From a virus: DNA of 64,000 bases. The stretch covers positions 1-64,000 of IMG/VR virus record IMGVR_UViG_3300043434_000266, one strand, 5' to 3'. Within the stretch, counting starts at the first letter, position 1. Each line of letters starts with the position of its first letter. A program made the translations under genes and the position numbers. Positions 43,616 to 53,724 of the stretch are shown here, piece by piece. A model generated the notes under the pieces. It saw only the letters and a list, made by a program, of their open reading frames with translations, did not search any database and was not told the origin of the DNA.

Positions 43616-45607
43616 TTAAAATAAAGTTAGTTGTGACTTTTCTTTTTCTTTGCTGATATTCTCGATCTCTTTATAGATCCTCTCTAGATAGTACTCATCA
43701 TTAACATCATGGTCATCCCAAGATTTAATCTCAAAAAGATTAAACTCAGTCTGTAACCATTTACCTGCTTCTACACGAGTTTCTCTACCATCAGCTTTGT
43801 TGACCTTGATAATTTTACAACCTTTGTTGGATACATAGTACCTTACAACAGCTTGTAGTTCTCTATCTTGTCTAACACCTTTTACAAAACATGTTTCTAT
43901 AAAGATCCAATCACCTTTACGTTTAACACCAATACAATAATCTAGGATATTACGGTTAGTCTGTACGAATACTTCCGGCATAACACTGTGTACGAAGTAA
44001 TAATAGATCGCTTTTGGCACTATTAAAGCAGACTTATTCTTGTGTAGCGCTAGATCTGAAAACTCAAATCTACCTTTACATTTGGTAGCATTAAAATAAT
44101 ACTTACCGTTTACTTCTTTGAACACGTAATGCGGAGACTTCTTCTTAAGACTATCCCAATCCTCTTTACTTAGTTCTTTCTCTTTGAATACGGCGATATA
44201 GTTGTTGACATCACCGATAATCATCTTCTCATACTCGTCATGTTCTAACTGCAGCATAGTCATCTCTTCCCACTTAGCACATATTTCAAGATACTTATCT
44301 TTATAGCTAGCGGGGATTAACATCTCGAGACCATCTGTATTCTGCATGAGTGGTATACTTCCGGGAATACCGTCAGATAACATCTCATATAGCATGACTA
44401 GACTAAGTTGACCATTGATTGTAATACGCATTGTGAACTCTGGATCATACAAGAAACTATTCTCATCATTACTTAAACCATAAGTACTGTTAAGTATAAT
44501 CTTATATACATAGTTCTTTGGATCTTTCTTGGGAATTTTCTTTCTCTCCTCAAAGAACCATTCGTACTGATCGCAGAAATCTTCTTTGGGTAGATGCGCT
44601 GGAGACCACCTATTTCTAATCGCAAGATTAGGATAGAAACTGGTAACGTCTGAAGTCATGATGATCATTCCATCCTTTGCTTCATACACACCAGCTTTTG
44701 TAGCACCATGCACACCACCCAAACCGAAGTCTGTTTTCACACCTTTATGTGTGACAGAATACTTAAATCCACCTTTTGTATCATTAGGATTAATGCTTAA
44801 AGCTTTAAACTTCTCATGGATGTTTTTAAACTCTTTGCGATTAAACGTAATGTAATCCAATAGAATGTCTTTAACTACTATAGATTCTCTAACAGTTCTC
44901 AATTGTTTCAGGTCATACTTCTTCATTTGAAGTTTCTTACCCAAGAAATGCAAGAATAACTCTTTAGAAATCTTTGGTTCAGACGCACTGTACAGATTTA
45001 TTCCGTACTCATTAGTCAATGCTTTACGCAGCATGATCTGTTCCTTACTCAGGAGCATTACTTGCTTAGTCGCTTTAACGTCATTAATACAGTAACTTAC
45101 AATAGTGTTTATCTGTTCCTTAGTTTTGATCAGAGCACTGTGTTTGATTGGCATATCGCGAACGTTATTCCAATCCATAGAGAATTCGATCCATTTAAGA
45201 CTGGATCTTTTTGCTGGATTATCCCAGTGATTCAACCTGAATACATCAATCTGCTTGATACTTAAAGCACGTTCAGGATACTCAGCAAACTCTCCTTTAT
45301 TAGAGCGATCGATGGTATCCTGTGCTTTAAGATAAAGTATGTGAGCAATGTTCTCTGCAGGTTCATCCAAATAGTATTCACCTTCTCTTATGATAAACTC
45401 TGTTATCTGAGAGTCAAAGTTAATACCGTTGAATGAGATATGCCACACTTGTTCGTGCTTACACTCTTGTAAGAATTCATAGAGTTGTGGATAATCATTC
45501 TGCGTCTCGTGTACTACAAATACTTTAGTTTCATCAGACTTGTAATCGATGAACACGGCGACAAAGGCGTTAATTAGGGTTTCATAGTCATGTACCCAGT
45601 TAGTCAT
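43616..45607 (-). CDS. polB: Family B DNA polymerase with 3'-5' exonuclease
   Basis: Exo motifs HDYE, FNGINFD, YCINDV; pol motifs DVTSFYPN, YKIILNSTYG, NTDG. Confidence 0.93.
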   Translation of the reverse strand: MTNWVHDYETLINAFVAVFIDYKSDETKVFVVHETQNDYPQLYEFLQECKHEQVWHISFNGINFDSQITEFIIREGEYYLDEPAENIAHILYLKAQDTIDRSNKGEFAEYPERALSIKQIDVFRLNHWDNPAKRSSLKWIEFSMDWNNVRDMPIKHSALIKTKEQINTIVSYCINDVKATKQVMLLSKEQIMLRKALTNEYGINLYSASEPKISKELFLHFLGKKLQMKKYDLKQLRTVRESIVVKDILLDYITFNRKEFKNIHEKFKALSINPNDTKGGFKYSVTHKGVKTDFGLGGVHGATKAGVYEAKDGMIIMTSDVTSFYPNLAIRNRWSPAHLPKEDFCDQYEWFFEERKKIPKKDPKNYVYKIILNSTYGLSNDENSFLYDPEFTMRITINGQLSLVMLYEMLSDGIPGSIPLMQNTDGLEMLIPASYKDKYLEICAKWEEMTMLQLEHDEYEKMIIGDVNNYIAVFKEKELSKEDWDSLKKKSPHYVFKEVNGKYYFNATKCKGRFEFSDLALHKNKSALIVPKAIYYYFVHSVMPEVFVQTNRNILDYCIGVKRKGDWIFIETCFVKGVRQDRELQAVVRYYVSNKGCKIIKVNKADGRETRVEAGKWLQTEFNLFEIKSWDDHDVNDEYYLERIYKEIENISKEKEKSQLTLF

Positions 45608-45987
45608 TATTCAGCTGCTTGTACTGGTTGAGTAATATAAGTTTCGATATCGAAGGTATCTGCATTGAATGCAAACAACTTCACGAAAGCACGAATCTCA
45701 TCAACATTCTCAATATAGTACTCTTGGAAGGTTTCGATTGTACGACGCTCTTCTTTGTAAGGTTTACCTTCACGAGATGGAGACTTACGCATTTCGATAT
45801 CACCATTAGGATCCAACTTAGGCATCATATGGAAGATATCTTTTTGAACAGCACCGATAACTGCCAACACTTTCATGTCTGCGTCAAAGATACATTCTAC
45901 ATAAGGACAATCTACGTGAGTAGGGATCATCTTAAAAGTCTTTCCACTCTTCCAGGTGGAGGTAATTAACATCATGTTACTTGTCAT
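45607..45987 (-). CDS. Hypothetical protein
   Basis: 126-aa ORF translationally coupled to polB. Confidence 0.75.
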   Translation of the reverse strand: MTSNMMLITSTWKSGKTFKMIPTHVDCPYVECIFDADMKVLAVIGAVQKDIFHMMPKLDPNGDIEMRKSPSREGKPYKEERRTIETFQEYYIENVDEIRAFVKLFAFNADTFDIETYITQPVQAAE

Positions 45988-45998
45988 AATTTTTGGTT

Positions 45999-46565
45999 TT
46001 AAAGGTCAAAGATAGATAAAAATTGTGGTTGCTTAATGTCCGTTACTAGAGTTTCTTTCTCTATATCAATTATGGAACATAGCTCACCTACTTCTTCAAG
46101 AAGTTCTTTCTCAACATTCAGATACTTAGCGTAGCTTTCAAAATAGTTATCCGGATTAAGATAGCTGTTAATCAGATCTTTATTCTTCGGATTGTTATTA
46201 AAGAACGCTAATATCTCTGTCTTTAGGTTCTTATCGATTTGAGAATACCTACCTGTTAGTAAGCAATCCCAAAACTTAGGATTGTCACTAAAATCAAACA
46301 CATATAATCCTTTATCATCTTCTATCTCATAGAAGTTATGAAATCTAGGATTACCTTGTAGTTTAGATTTCTCAAATGTTCTGAACTCTAAATCTGTTCT
46401 AAGGTGATACAAGCAAACTAATTTATGATCTTCAGGTTCAACTACTCCTTTTATAGAGATATATGTCTCCAAAGGAACTACAGATGAACCTCTTCTTATA
46501 CCTAGAAGTGGATATAAAAACATCCTAGATTTCTGAGTATATTTTGTATACAGATTTTTGACCAT
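45999..46565 (-). CDS. Conserved phage hypothetical protein
   Basis: 188-aa ORF; KSRMFLYPLLG and GRYSQI motifs. Confidence 0.75.
   Translation of the reverse strand: MVKNLYTKYTQKSRMFLYPLLGIRRGSSVVPLETYISIKGVVEPEDHKLVCLYHLRTDLEFRTFEKSKLQGNPRFHNFYEIEDDKGLYVFDFSDNPKFWDCLLTGRYSQIDKNLKTEILAFFNNNPKNKDLINSYLNPDNYFESYAKYLNVEKELLEEVGELCSIIDIEKETLVTDIKQPQFLSIFDL
46007..46014 (-). promoter_or_regulatory. Possible Bacteroidota sigma-A -7 element (TATCTTTG)
   Basis: Matches TAnnTTTG ~20 nt upstream of the 45987 start; no good -33 TTTG. Confidence 0.35.
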
Positions 46566-46575
46566 GTTTTAGTCT

Positions 46576-47544
46576 TTACAGGGTTACTTTATTTACAATG
46601 TAATCATAAGGTAGATCATACCTTCTATTAGTATAATGGAATTCAGCTTTCTTTATTACCTCGTCTAAGTTCCAGATCCAGCTATGCAATGTAGCAGCAC
46701 AAACAGGAAACGCGAATACCTGTTGGTACTTATCAATAACTATGAAATTAAATCTGATGTCTTTGACATTAGGGTACTTTGCTTGTATCAACTTGTAATA
46801 CATAGCAGCCTGCATCCAATACTTGTAATAGTCTACAGTTTCTCTAAACTCACTAATGGTCTTACCAGTAGTTTTAAAGTCGTTAATAGTGACACTATTA
46901 GTTTCAGGATCGTAAACATAGTTGTCTATGATACCTTTTAAACCAAAACCATACTTAGTATCAGCTTCAAGTGCAACTTCACTGTGACTGTTAGAACCAC
47001 CTAACTGCAGTAAACATGTAACTGATTCATTACTAAGGATGATTTCAACGTATCCTTTAAGTTTATCATAGGTCTCTTGGTCTATAACAGTCTTCGATCC
47101 CTTTGATTTGAGAAACTCATAATAAGAAATATTCTCTGCAGTGAGTATTTTATCTACACGTTGTTGGTCAGTCTTAAGACTTTGGTGTAGATTAATCTCT
47201 CTTAGAATATCAAGTATGATTGCCTCATGTGTGGACAAAGATAATGCTTCGCACCCATCTTGGCAAGATAGAGCATACACTTTGTCAATAACTTTCTTTG
47301 CATTGTCCCCAGGTAGACTGTTTGGAGATACTACGAATAGATCATCAAACTTCTCCTGTTCTAATAGTAAACAATGAAGAGCTCGACCCTCAACTAAATG
47401 AGAGTCAAGCCTATCTTCACGTTCACCAAGTATGTAATGTTTATAAAAAGTGTTCGGTACAAACATTAGTTTGTTCAGACTGCTGTAGCTGAACTGAAAC
47501 TTCTTGCTGTAGAACCTCTCCTCCGCTTGGAAATCCGTCATCAT
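46576..47544 (-). CDS. PD-(D/E)xK exonuclease (RecE/Cas4-like, DUF3799-type)
   Basis: SYSSL, G.ALHCLLLE, SE..LKGIID..INDFKTT, Y.MQAAMY. Confidence 0.85.
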   Translation of the reverse strand: MMTDFQAEERFYSKKFQFSYSSLNKLMFVPNTFYKHYILGEREDRLDSHLVEGRALHCLLLEQEKFDDLFVVSPNSLPGDNAKKVIDKVYALSCQDGCEALSLSTHEAIILDILREINLHQSLKTDQQRVDKILTAENISYYEFLKSKGSKTVIDQETYDKLKGYVEIILSNESVTCLLQLGGSNSHSEVALEADTKYGFGLKGIIDNYVYDPETNSVTINDFKTTGKTISEFRETVDYYKYWMQAAMYYKLIQAKYPNVKDIRFNFIVIDKYQQVFAFPVCAATLHSWIWNLDEVIKKAEFHYTNRRYDLPYDYIVNKVTL

Positions 47545-48604
47545 CTGTTTTTAATTTTGATTGTAATTTTTTCATTGCCTCATCTGTGAATCTATAACTA
47601 GTAAAAGTTATGTTATCACTACTAGCACTAAACTCTTCAGCACCCAACTCATACAAGAAATCAATAGTATCTTGAGTAACAGCATCTTTGTCTATAACAG
47701 TTCTAAAGATATCATCATAATTCGTACGTAGTTGATACCTCATGTTACTACCTAAGTAGTTAATAAAACCTTTGAAAGCTACAGTCTTACGAACTGAGTT
47801 ATCCCACATAGTTCTATTGTGTCTACGGCATAGTTCTAAGATATATACTAAACTCTTTTGATAGTTACAGTTAGCAATGATGGTCATAGCTACAGTATGA
47901 TTACTATTATCAGTACTCTTAAACATAGCATCTAAAGATTCAAAAGCTTCTCTATCAATAATAGATTCACCCATCAAGTCTAGTATAACTTGCTGATCAT
48001 ATACATTACCGTTACCACTAACTACATTCTGAAATAGCTCATTGTTATCTAAATCTACTTTCTTAATAATAGCTAAACTACTAGTAAACTCAAAGAATCT
48101 TTCTGACCAACCACTTATCGTAAAATATTTTCTGTCAATAGCACTAATCATTGGGTTTCTAATAGAATCCTTTATATAACAATGTGTAATATTATTAATA
48201 TCAACAGGGTGTACAAAAGCATTTTTCTGAATACCCACATTATCAAAACCTTTGATCATACTACCGATCTCAAAAGGAATCATATCAACAAAGTACTTAG
48301 CATTAGTAATAACTACATCAGCTTTGCTTTGATCTCTTGTAACTTTCATGTTGTGCTTATCTAAGAGACTTTTAAGTTTCTCCCTAGATACATCACACTT
48401 AGCTGTAAAGAAAATAGTTTTTACATTAGTCAAGTCCAGCTTTTTATCAGCCGTAAACTTTTTATACTCTTGTCTCATATAGTTTTGAAAACCCCAATAT
48501 CTATCGTGGTCTACAACTTGTACATCTTGAGTATCTACACTGTGAATCATACCATTCTGAATATCTATATCATTCAGAATCTTTATTGTCTTGTACTTGA
48601 ACAT
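47441..48604 (-). CDS. BRCT-like domain plus shared helical domain protein, paralog 1
   Basis: IFFTAKCDVSREKLKSLLDKHNMKVTRDQSKADVVI; FESLDAMFKSTD..N..VAMTIIANCNY. Confidence 0.65.
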   Translation of the reverse strand: MFKYKTIKILNDIDIQNGMIHSVDTQDVQVVDHDRYWGFQNYMRQEYKKFTADKKLDLTNVKTIFFTAKCDVSREKLKSLLDKHNMKVTRDQSKADVVITNAKYFVDMIPFEIGSMIKGFDNVGIQKNAFVHPVDINNITHCYIKDSIRNPMISAIDRKYFTISGWSERFFEFTSSLAIIKKVDLDNNELFQNVVSGNGNVYDQQVILDLMGESIIDREAFESLDAMFKSTDNSNHTVAMTIIANCNYQKSLVYILELCRRHNRTMWDNSVRKTVAFKGFINYLGSNMRYQLRTNYDDIFRTVIDKDAVTQDTIDFLYELGAEEFSASSDNITFTSYRFTDEAMKKLQSKLKTDDDGFPSGGEVLQQEVSVQLQQSEQTNVCTEHFL

Positions 48605-49742
48605 AAGTTAAATTGTGTTTTTTTGCGTATTCTTCAAAGGTATCTTTAGCAGTAACTTGTATGTTTAATATATCAGATCTGTCATCAAACCTACGGTCAA
48701 CATCATCTATAGTACCTATAAGAATCTTTGACATGATATCATTATAAAGTTCTTCAGTTACCTGATCTCTCTTTGTAAGAAGAGATAAGATCTCTATGCT
48801 ATTGCAGTTATACAATATATGTACATCATTAGTGTCTATGAACAATCTACCTTCCTTTAGTCTCCTGTTTTCACTATTAGTAATATGATAATAGTGTTTC
48901 TTAACAAGCTTATATAGAAGATACATAGACTTACTACAGTCAGTGTTAAATAAAATTTTAGATGCTGTAAGACTATCCTCATCAGATGGACTACTATACA
49001 TCATATCTAATGCATCAAACATCTGCTCATCCAAAGCAACTTGATCAGAACACGTAGCAATAAAATGCTCTTGTGTAATAACCGGTAACTTTTTAGATAG
49101 GATATTGTATACAAGTTCAACACCTTCTGCTGTCATCAAGTATCCTGTCTTCTTTTCATTAACAGTAGAGGCGTAAGTAGATTGATTAAACTCATATATC
49201 AAAGCACCAGATATAAGTATGTTATCTGTAGGTCCTATCTTAGTCTCAGGTTCTACATCAAAAGTCACGAATGTATTCTTGTTCTTAATGAAATTAATAG
49301 TAGTTTCATCATAACCTAGAACTTTATAATCACCTTTAGAAGCAAAGCATGCGTCTGGAATCTGATACTTGTATGCATCATAGTCTCCATTCTCAAGCAT
49401 GTTCTTTTCTGTACCTAGTACACATGTTGCTTTCTCTATATCTGTTACAATAGATATGTCTTTTGATCTACAATATTCCTTGATTTTATAACCAGGAATT
49501 TTAGAGTCGGGAAGTACGTATAACTTATCTCCTGCAGTAGGGGTAAAGGTATCACTCCCCTTAAGGAGTGACACCATTTTACCAAAACTAGCTTCTGATA
49601 TTACACATACATCCGCAACCTCTATAGGACTAGTATATGTACCTGGTGTTAGCATGTACACATACTTACCTACCATCTCAACAAATCTTAGTTTGTTAGG
49701 AATAGTAGGATCACTAAAAGGTTTATGGATGTTTCTTTGCAT
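48570..49742 (-). CDS. BRCT-like domain plus shared helical domain protein, paralog 2
   Basis: KLYVLPDSKIPGYKIKEYCRSKDISIVTDIEKATCVL; FDALDMMYSSPS..D..TASKILFNTD. Confidence 0.65.
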   Translation of the reverse strand: MQRNIHKPFSDPTIPNKLRFVEMVGKYVYMLTPGTYTSPIEVADVCVISEASFGKMVSLLKGSDTFTPTAGDKLYVLPDSKIPGYKIKEYCRSKDISIVTDIEKATCVLGTEKNMLENGDYDAYKYQIPDACFASKGDYKVLGYDETTINFIKNKNTFVTFDVEPETKIGPTDNILISGALIYEFNQSTYASTVNEKKTGYLMTAEGVELVYNILSKKLPVITQEHFIATCSDQVALDEQMFDALDMMYSSPSDEDSLTASKILFNTDCSKSMYLLYKLVKKHYYHITNSENRRLKEGRLFIDTNDVHILYNCNSIEILSLLTKRDQVTEELYNDIMSKILIGTIDDVDRRFDDRSDILNIQVTAKDTFEEYAKKHNLTYVQVQDNKDSE

Positions 49743-50929
49743 TACTTTACAGTCATTTTAATAACCTCGGGGTTGAGCATGAGCTTGGAAAATTTACCTT
49801 TGTTACCATTAAGGATACCCTTAACCATGTAATACTTAAGATCATTACTGAAGATATCATCAGTAATCAAATTAGTAATACGGTCAATCATACCTTGGGT
49901 TACCGTGTTGTTATTTGCATAGTGTACTGCGTAGTTGATAACACGAGTGGTCATCAAGCTAGCAATGTCAGCACGGTAGTTATTACCCTCACCAACACAA
50001 GACTTAAGTTGTCCCTTGATATATTCCCAACTATTGTTAGTCAATACATCTTTAGGAGTTACCAACTTATCCAACTTGTTGTTAATGAACATAGTAAACA
50101 TAGTAGCAAACTCACCACCTACAGAACCTTCACCAATCATCTGGATAATAGGAAGACTTTCTTCAAAGCTTTCTAAACTAGAGATAGAGTTAAAGAATGT
50201 AGTAAAGCTACGCGCATTAGCACGCTTCTCTGTCAACTCTGGGTGCAACAACATAAAGTTAATACAACGAGTATCTATCTCATTCTCCTCTGCCCAACGT
50301 GCCCAGCACTCAAGATCAAACTTCAAATAGCTTGTAATAAAGCGAGTCTTCTGAGCCTCATCCAAAGATGTTACTTGATAGTCACCATTATCAGGATTAC
50401 TAGTTAAGATAACTGTCCATCCTTTTGGTAGTTTCCATGATACATACTCCTGACGGTCAATGATCTCCATAGTAGCTTGCATGAACCTAGCATCTGCACG
50501 AGTATAGTCATCAAGAATTAAGAGACCGTTCTCTCCCTTACCTTGAATCCATTCTGGTGCAGCATGTGTCATACGCTTTTCTCCAGTAGGTACATACTTC
50601 TGTTGGATATACATTGGCATAACGTTCTCAGGAATCCACTTCGTAACCTTCTGTCCGTCATCTGTAGTCTTAGTAACCTGAAATTCTTTAATAGGAAAAC
50701 CTACTAAGTCACCCAACTCCTCGAGCTGACTCAAAGACAACTTTACATAATCCATGTTGTGGTCCTTTGTGAACTGCAGAATAGTAGTAGTCTTACCAAT
50801 ACCTGCTTCACCCTCAATATTTACAGCTACAGGAATCTTACCATTCTCCTGTAGATACTTATTATTATTTACAACGTGAGATACAAACTGCTTTAACTCA
50901 TCTGTGTTTAATTGTACTTGCTTAGCCAT
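49742..50929 (-). CDS. MoxR-like AAA+ ATPase
   Basis: Walker A GEAGIGKT, DLVGFP, Walker B LILDDYTR, sensor TSNP, DEAQKTRF. Confidence 0.88.
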   Translation of the reverse strand: MAKQVQLNTDELKQFVSHVVNNNKYLQENGKIPVAVNIEGEAGIGKTTTILQFTKDHNMDYVKLSLSQLEELGDLVGFPIKEFQVTKTTDDGQKVTKWIPENVMPMYIQQKYVPTGEKRMTHAAPEWIQGKGENGLLILDDYTRADARFMQATMEIIDRQEYVSWKLPKGWTVILTSNPDNGDYQVTSLDEAQKTRFITSYLKFDLECWARWAEENEIDTRCINFMLLHPELTEKRANARSFTTFFNSISSLESFEESLPIIQMIGEGSVGGEFATMFTMFINNKLDKLVTPKDVLTNNSWEYIKGQLKSCVGEGNNYRADIASLMTTRVINYAVHYANNNTVTQGMIDRITNLITDDIFSNDLKYYMVKGILNGNKGKFSKLMLNPEVIKMTVK

Positions 50930-50942
50930 TTTCTTTAATTTT

Positions 50943-52133
50943 TTAATTCAACTTGATTTGTGGTCCCGGAAGACTACTGTTAATTTCACCACGGGTAGAT
51001 ATTACCCACAACATTTTACCTCTCGGTTTTACATCTGTGTGACATTCACCATCTGTTAGATAGAACATACACGTATACTTTCTTGTATTCTCATTGTAAT
51101 ACTCTAGAACTGGATCAAAGTCAGTACCTCCACGACCGTGTAACACGATGTCTTGGTTAGGTTTGAACTTCTCAATACTTCTAATAGTAGTATCACACTG
51201 TAAGACGGTTACTTCACTACCAGTTTTATGTATGTGATGTATCTCATTAAGGAACTCCTTAACTTCCTTATCACTTACAGAACCACTAGTATCTATAGCA
51301 ACCAACAAGTGTCTCTTGTTTTTAATCTTGAGACCAGGATTTTCATCAAACCTTCTGTTTTCTTTACGTCTTAGTTTCTTAGTAAAGATCTCACTAGATC
51401 CTCCTGCAAATCTTCTAACATAACTACGCCAGTCAAACTTTGGAGGTTCAACATGTCTAAGTCTTTGAATAATACCTTGGAACTCTCCGGGAATAGTACC
51501 CCTAGATTTTTCTACAGTTTCTGCAATCTCTTTAAGAATGTGTGCTGTCTGTGATTCAAGCAATTTCTTTTCTGCTTCAGACAAATCTTCAAAATCTTTC
51601 CATGTACCGTGATCAGGATTAATAGTGCCGTCGCCATGTGCTTCACCTTCACCCATACCAGCCATGTCAGATATCTTACCACCATTACCAGACTGTTGTT
51701 CTTCTTCCATAGCTTTCATCAAGAGTTTGTAATACTCCCGACAACCTGCTTTAGGTGGTAGATTATATTCCGAGAATGACTCTAGAGTACATCCTCCGTC
51801 TGGTAAATCTTCTGCATCAATGAACTGATTAATCTCAATGTCCATAGCAATATTTGCTACTCTCTTATTTTGAAATTCATCTTGACATTGAATATGGAAG
51901 AAACCAATATGCAATAACTCGTGCTTAAGTAAACCTCTCTTGTGATTATCACTGAGAGAGTTCCAAAAGTCTTCATTAATAGTAAGCTGAAAGTTCACTC
52001 CATTCTTACTCACACCAGCGGTGGGGACTCTCTTGTCCCACACCTTATTTAAGCTGAGTATAAGTAAACCATAGAATGGTTCTTTAAGCATTAGTTCTTT
52101 ACTGACCTTCGCCAGTGAATCTTGTTTTGTCAT
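50943..52133 (-). CDS. DUF2201-type metallopeptidase fused to a vWA domain
   Basis: LKHELLH (HExxH), NIAMDIEINQ; MIDAS DTSGS..GGTDF..LTDG. Confidence 0.88.
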   Translation of the reverse strand: MTKQDSLAKVSKELMLKEPFYGLLILSLNKVWDKRVPTAGVSKNGVNFQLTINEDFWNSLSDNHKRGLLKHELLHIGFFHIQCQDEFQNKRVANIAMDIEINQFIDAEDLPDGGCTLESFSEYNLPPKAGCREYYKLLMKAMEEEQQSGNGGKISDMAGMGEGEAHGDGTINPDHGTWKDFEDLSEAEKKLLESQTAHILKEIAETVEKSRGTIPGEFQGIIQRLRHVEPPKFDWRSYVRRFAGGSSEIFTKKLRRKENRRFDENPGLKIKNKRHLLVAIDTSGSVSDKEVKEFLNEIHHIHKTGSEVTVLQCDTTIRSIEKFKPNQDIVLHGRGGTDFDPVLEYYNENTRKYTCMFYLTDGECHTDVKPRGKMLWVISTRGEINSSLPGPQIKLN

Positions 52134-52596
52134 GTGGTACTAGTTTTAAGTCCATGCTTTTTACAAATGTGAAACCCCATTGTAGAAGGTGATCCTTCAA
52201 TGCATCTGCAAATCTTCCTAAGAAGAAGTTCATAGCAACAGCATCAGTATTTATTCTGGTAAGTTCTTCGTACATTGAGTTGTAGTTTAACTTATCAGCT
52301 TGATTAGTACATGTTTGTATCATAGTTCTAATCTCATGATTAAAACTACATGACCCTACATCTGTAACAGCCTCACCAAACAACTCTGTTCTAAAAGGAT
52401 TATTATCTCTTTTTAGTTTTGCTTCTGCATCTTTTGCAAGCAACAAGATATATGGAGCATTCTTTTGAAAATCTACAGCTTCAATAATACTAACAGCAAC
52501 TTGTACATTATCCCTATCAGGACTACATAACATATCAAGCACTCTGTCATACGTGGAATCATTGAGGATAATAACCTCATCTAAAGTTTTAGTCAT
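52099..52596 (-). CDS. Stand-alone version of the helical domain shared with 47441 and 48570 (paralog 3)
   Basis: YDRVLDMLCSPDRDNVQVAVSIIEAVDFQKNAPYILLL aligns with both BRCT-like proteins. Confidence 0.6.
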   Translation of the reverse strand: MTKTLDEVIILNDSTYDRVLDMLCSPDRDNVQVAVSIIEAVDFQKNAPYILLLAKDAEAKLKRDNNPFRTELFGEAVTDVGSCSFNHEIRTMIQTCTNQADKLNYNSMYEELTRINTDAVAMNFFLGRFADALKDHLLQWGFTFVKSMDLKLVPHDKTRFTGEGQ

Positions 52597-52936
52597 CTAT
52601 TTTCATTGTTTTAATCATCCATAGAGGATGTTCGTTAGACTTCATTGCGAGTATCCACTCTTTTGCTGAGGGTATGTAGTTATTACAATCCTCTTTTACA
52701 TGTTGTTCACCTACATAGCGAACCATTACTTTTTTACCTACTGAGTTTGTGAAGTATTCACCGAATATACTTTCTGCTTCGAATATACCTTCTGAATGAT
52801 GTCTAAACATACGGTGATCAGAATGACCAACCCATCCTTTAGTAGCATCAAACCAGTTATGAATATGTGAGTACTCTGATGGATGACCTCCCCACTTCTT
52901 TGCACTAGAACGTGCATGATCATAAGGATGTGCCAT
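52589..52936 (-). CDS. DUF6915-like His-rich protein
   Basis: MAHPYDHARSSAKKWGG..IHNWFD..HRMFRHHSEGIF..GEQHVKED. Confidence 0.75.
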   Translation of the reverse strand: MAHPYDHARSSAKKWGGHPSEYSHIHNWFDATKGWVGHSDHRMFRHHSEGIFEAESIFGEYFTNSVGKKVMVRYVGEQHVKEDCNNYIPSAKEWILAMKSNEHPLWMIKTMKIDD

Positions 52937-52937
52937 A

Positions 52938-53297
52938 CTAGTTTATGTCATCTATATCAAGTGTTCCATCTTGAAATGCTTCTCTAGCTTCCATTACATA
53001 ACCATGAACATCATACTCTAAAGTATTAATATCAAAATAAACAGTACCACTACCGCCATCATTGTTATACCAGTCATAGTCGTATTTAGTACTTAAGATT
53101 TCATACATAAAGTTTTCTACACGGTCATGAAAATCACCAAGGTCTATATGATCACCTTCAGTATTCTCAGCATATACAGTATCTATAGCACCGGAGTCAC
53201 CTCCCCCACTATACTCGGCAACTAGTTTCTCAACACCTAAATCTTTTAGTCCAGAGAAGAACATTGCTTTATCTAGATCATCATTAAATATACTCAT
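52938..53297 (-). CDS. DUF6878-like acidic protein
   Basis: YSGGGDSG..DWYNNDGGSG. Confidence 0.7.
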   Translation of the reverse strand: MSIFNDDLDKAMFFSGLKDLGVEKLVAEYSGGGDSGAIDTVYAENTEGDHIDLGDFHDRVENFMYEILSTKYDYDWYNNDGGSGTVYFDINTLEYDVHGYVMEAREAFQDGTLDIDDIN

Positions 53298-53301
53298 ACA
53301 A

Positions 53302-53724
53302 TTAATATTTTTGTTTATAAAAACGTCCTAGGATATTACCATTCAGATAGAAGTCTGATTCTAGTACACCCTTGACAAACTGATACTTGGTTTCCATGTA
53401 TGTTAGTTCTGTTTTAGAATAACATATGTGTAAGATGTTCCTCTTAATAGGAACTTTATCTTTGTGAGCTTGCTTAAGTACTACGTTACTACTAAAGTAG
53501 TTCTCGTAATTTAACTTAGAAGTCTTCACGTAATTCTTTTTACGCTTATCTACAGGTGCGTTCTTCTTTGCAAGTTTCTTTTTGGTAACTAATGCAAAGT
53601 TCTTTTTACCTATATAAGCCACAGACTTACCGTCTATGATTGCTGTCATTTCATATATGAAACCAACAGCACCTTCAGGTATCATCTCAGGTGTAAATAC
53701 TACACCTTTATAAATCCAACTCAT
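53302..53724 (-). CDS. GIY-YIG-like endonuclease
   Basis: GFIYEMT..YIGKK..YFSS..E..LNGNI. Confidence 0.7.
   Translation of the reverse strand: MSWIYKGVVFTPEMIPEGAVGFIYEMTAIIDGKSVAYIGKKNFALVTKKKLAKKNAPVDKRKKNYVKTSKLNYENYFSSNVVLKQAHKDKVPIKRNILHICYSKTELTYMETKYQFVKGVLESDFYLNGNILGRFYKQKY

Noticed and set aside
20935-45607. Inteins or group I/II introns in vRNAP or PolB
   Set aside because: No intein C/S..HN junctions or LAGLIDADG motifs seen, and both ORFs are uninterrupted
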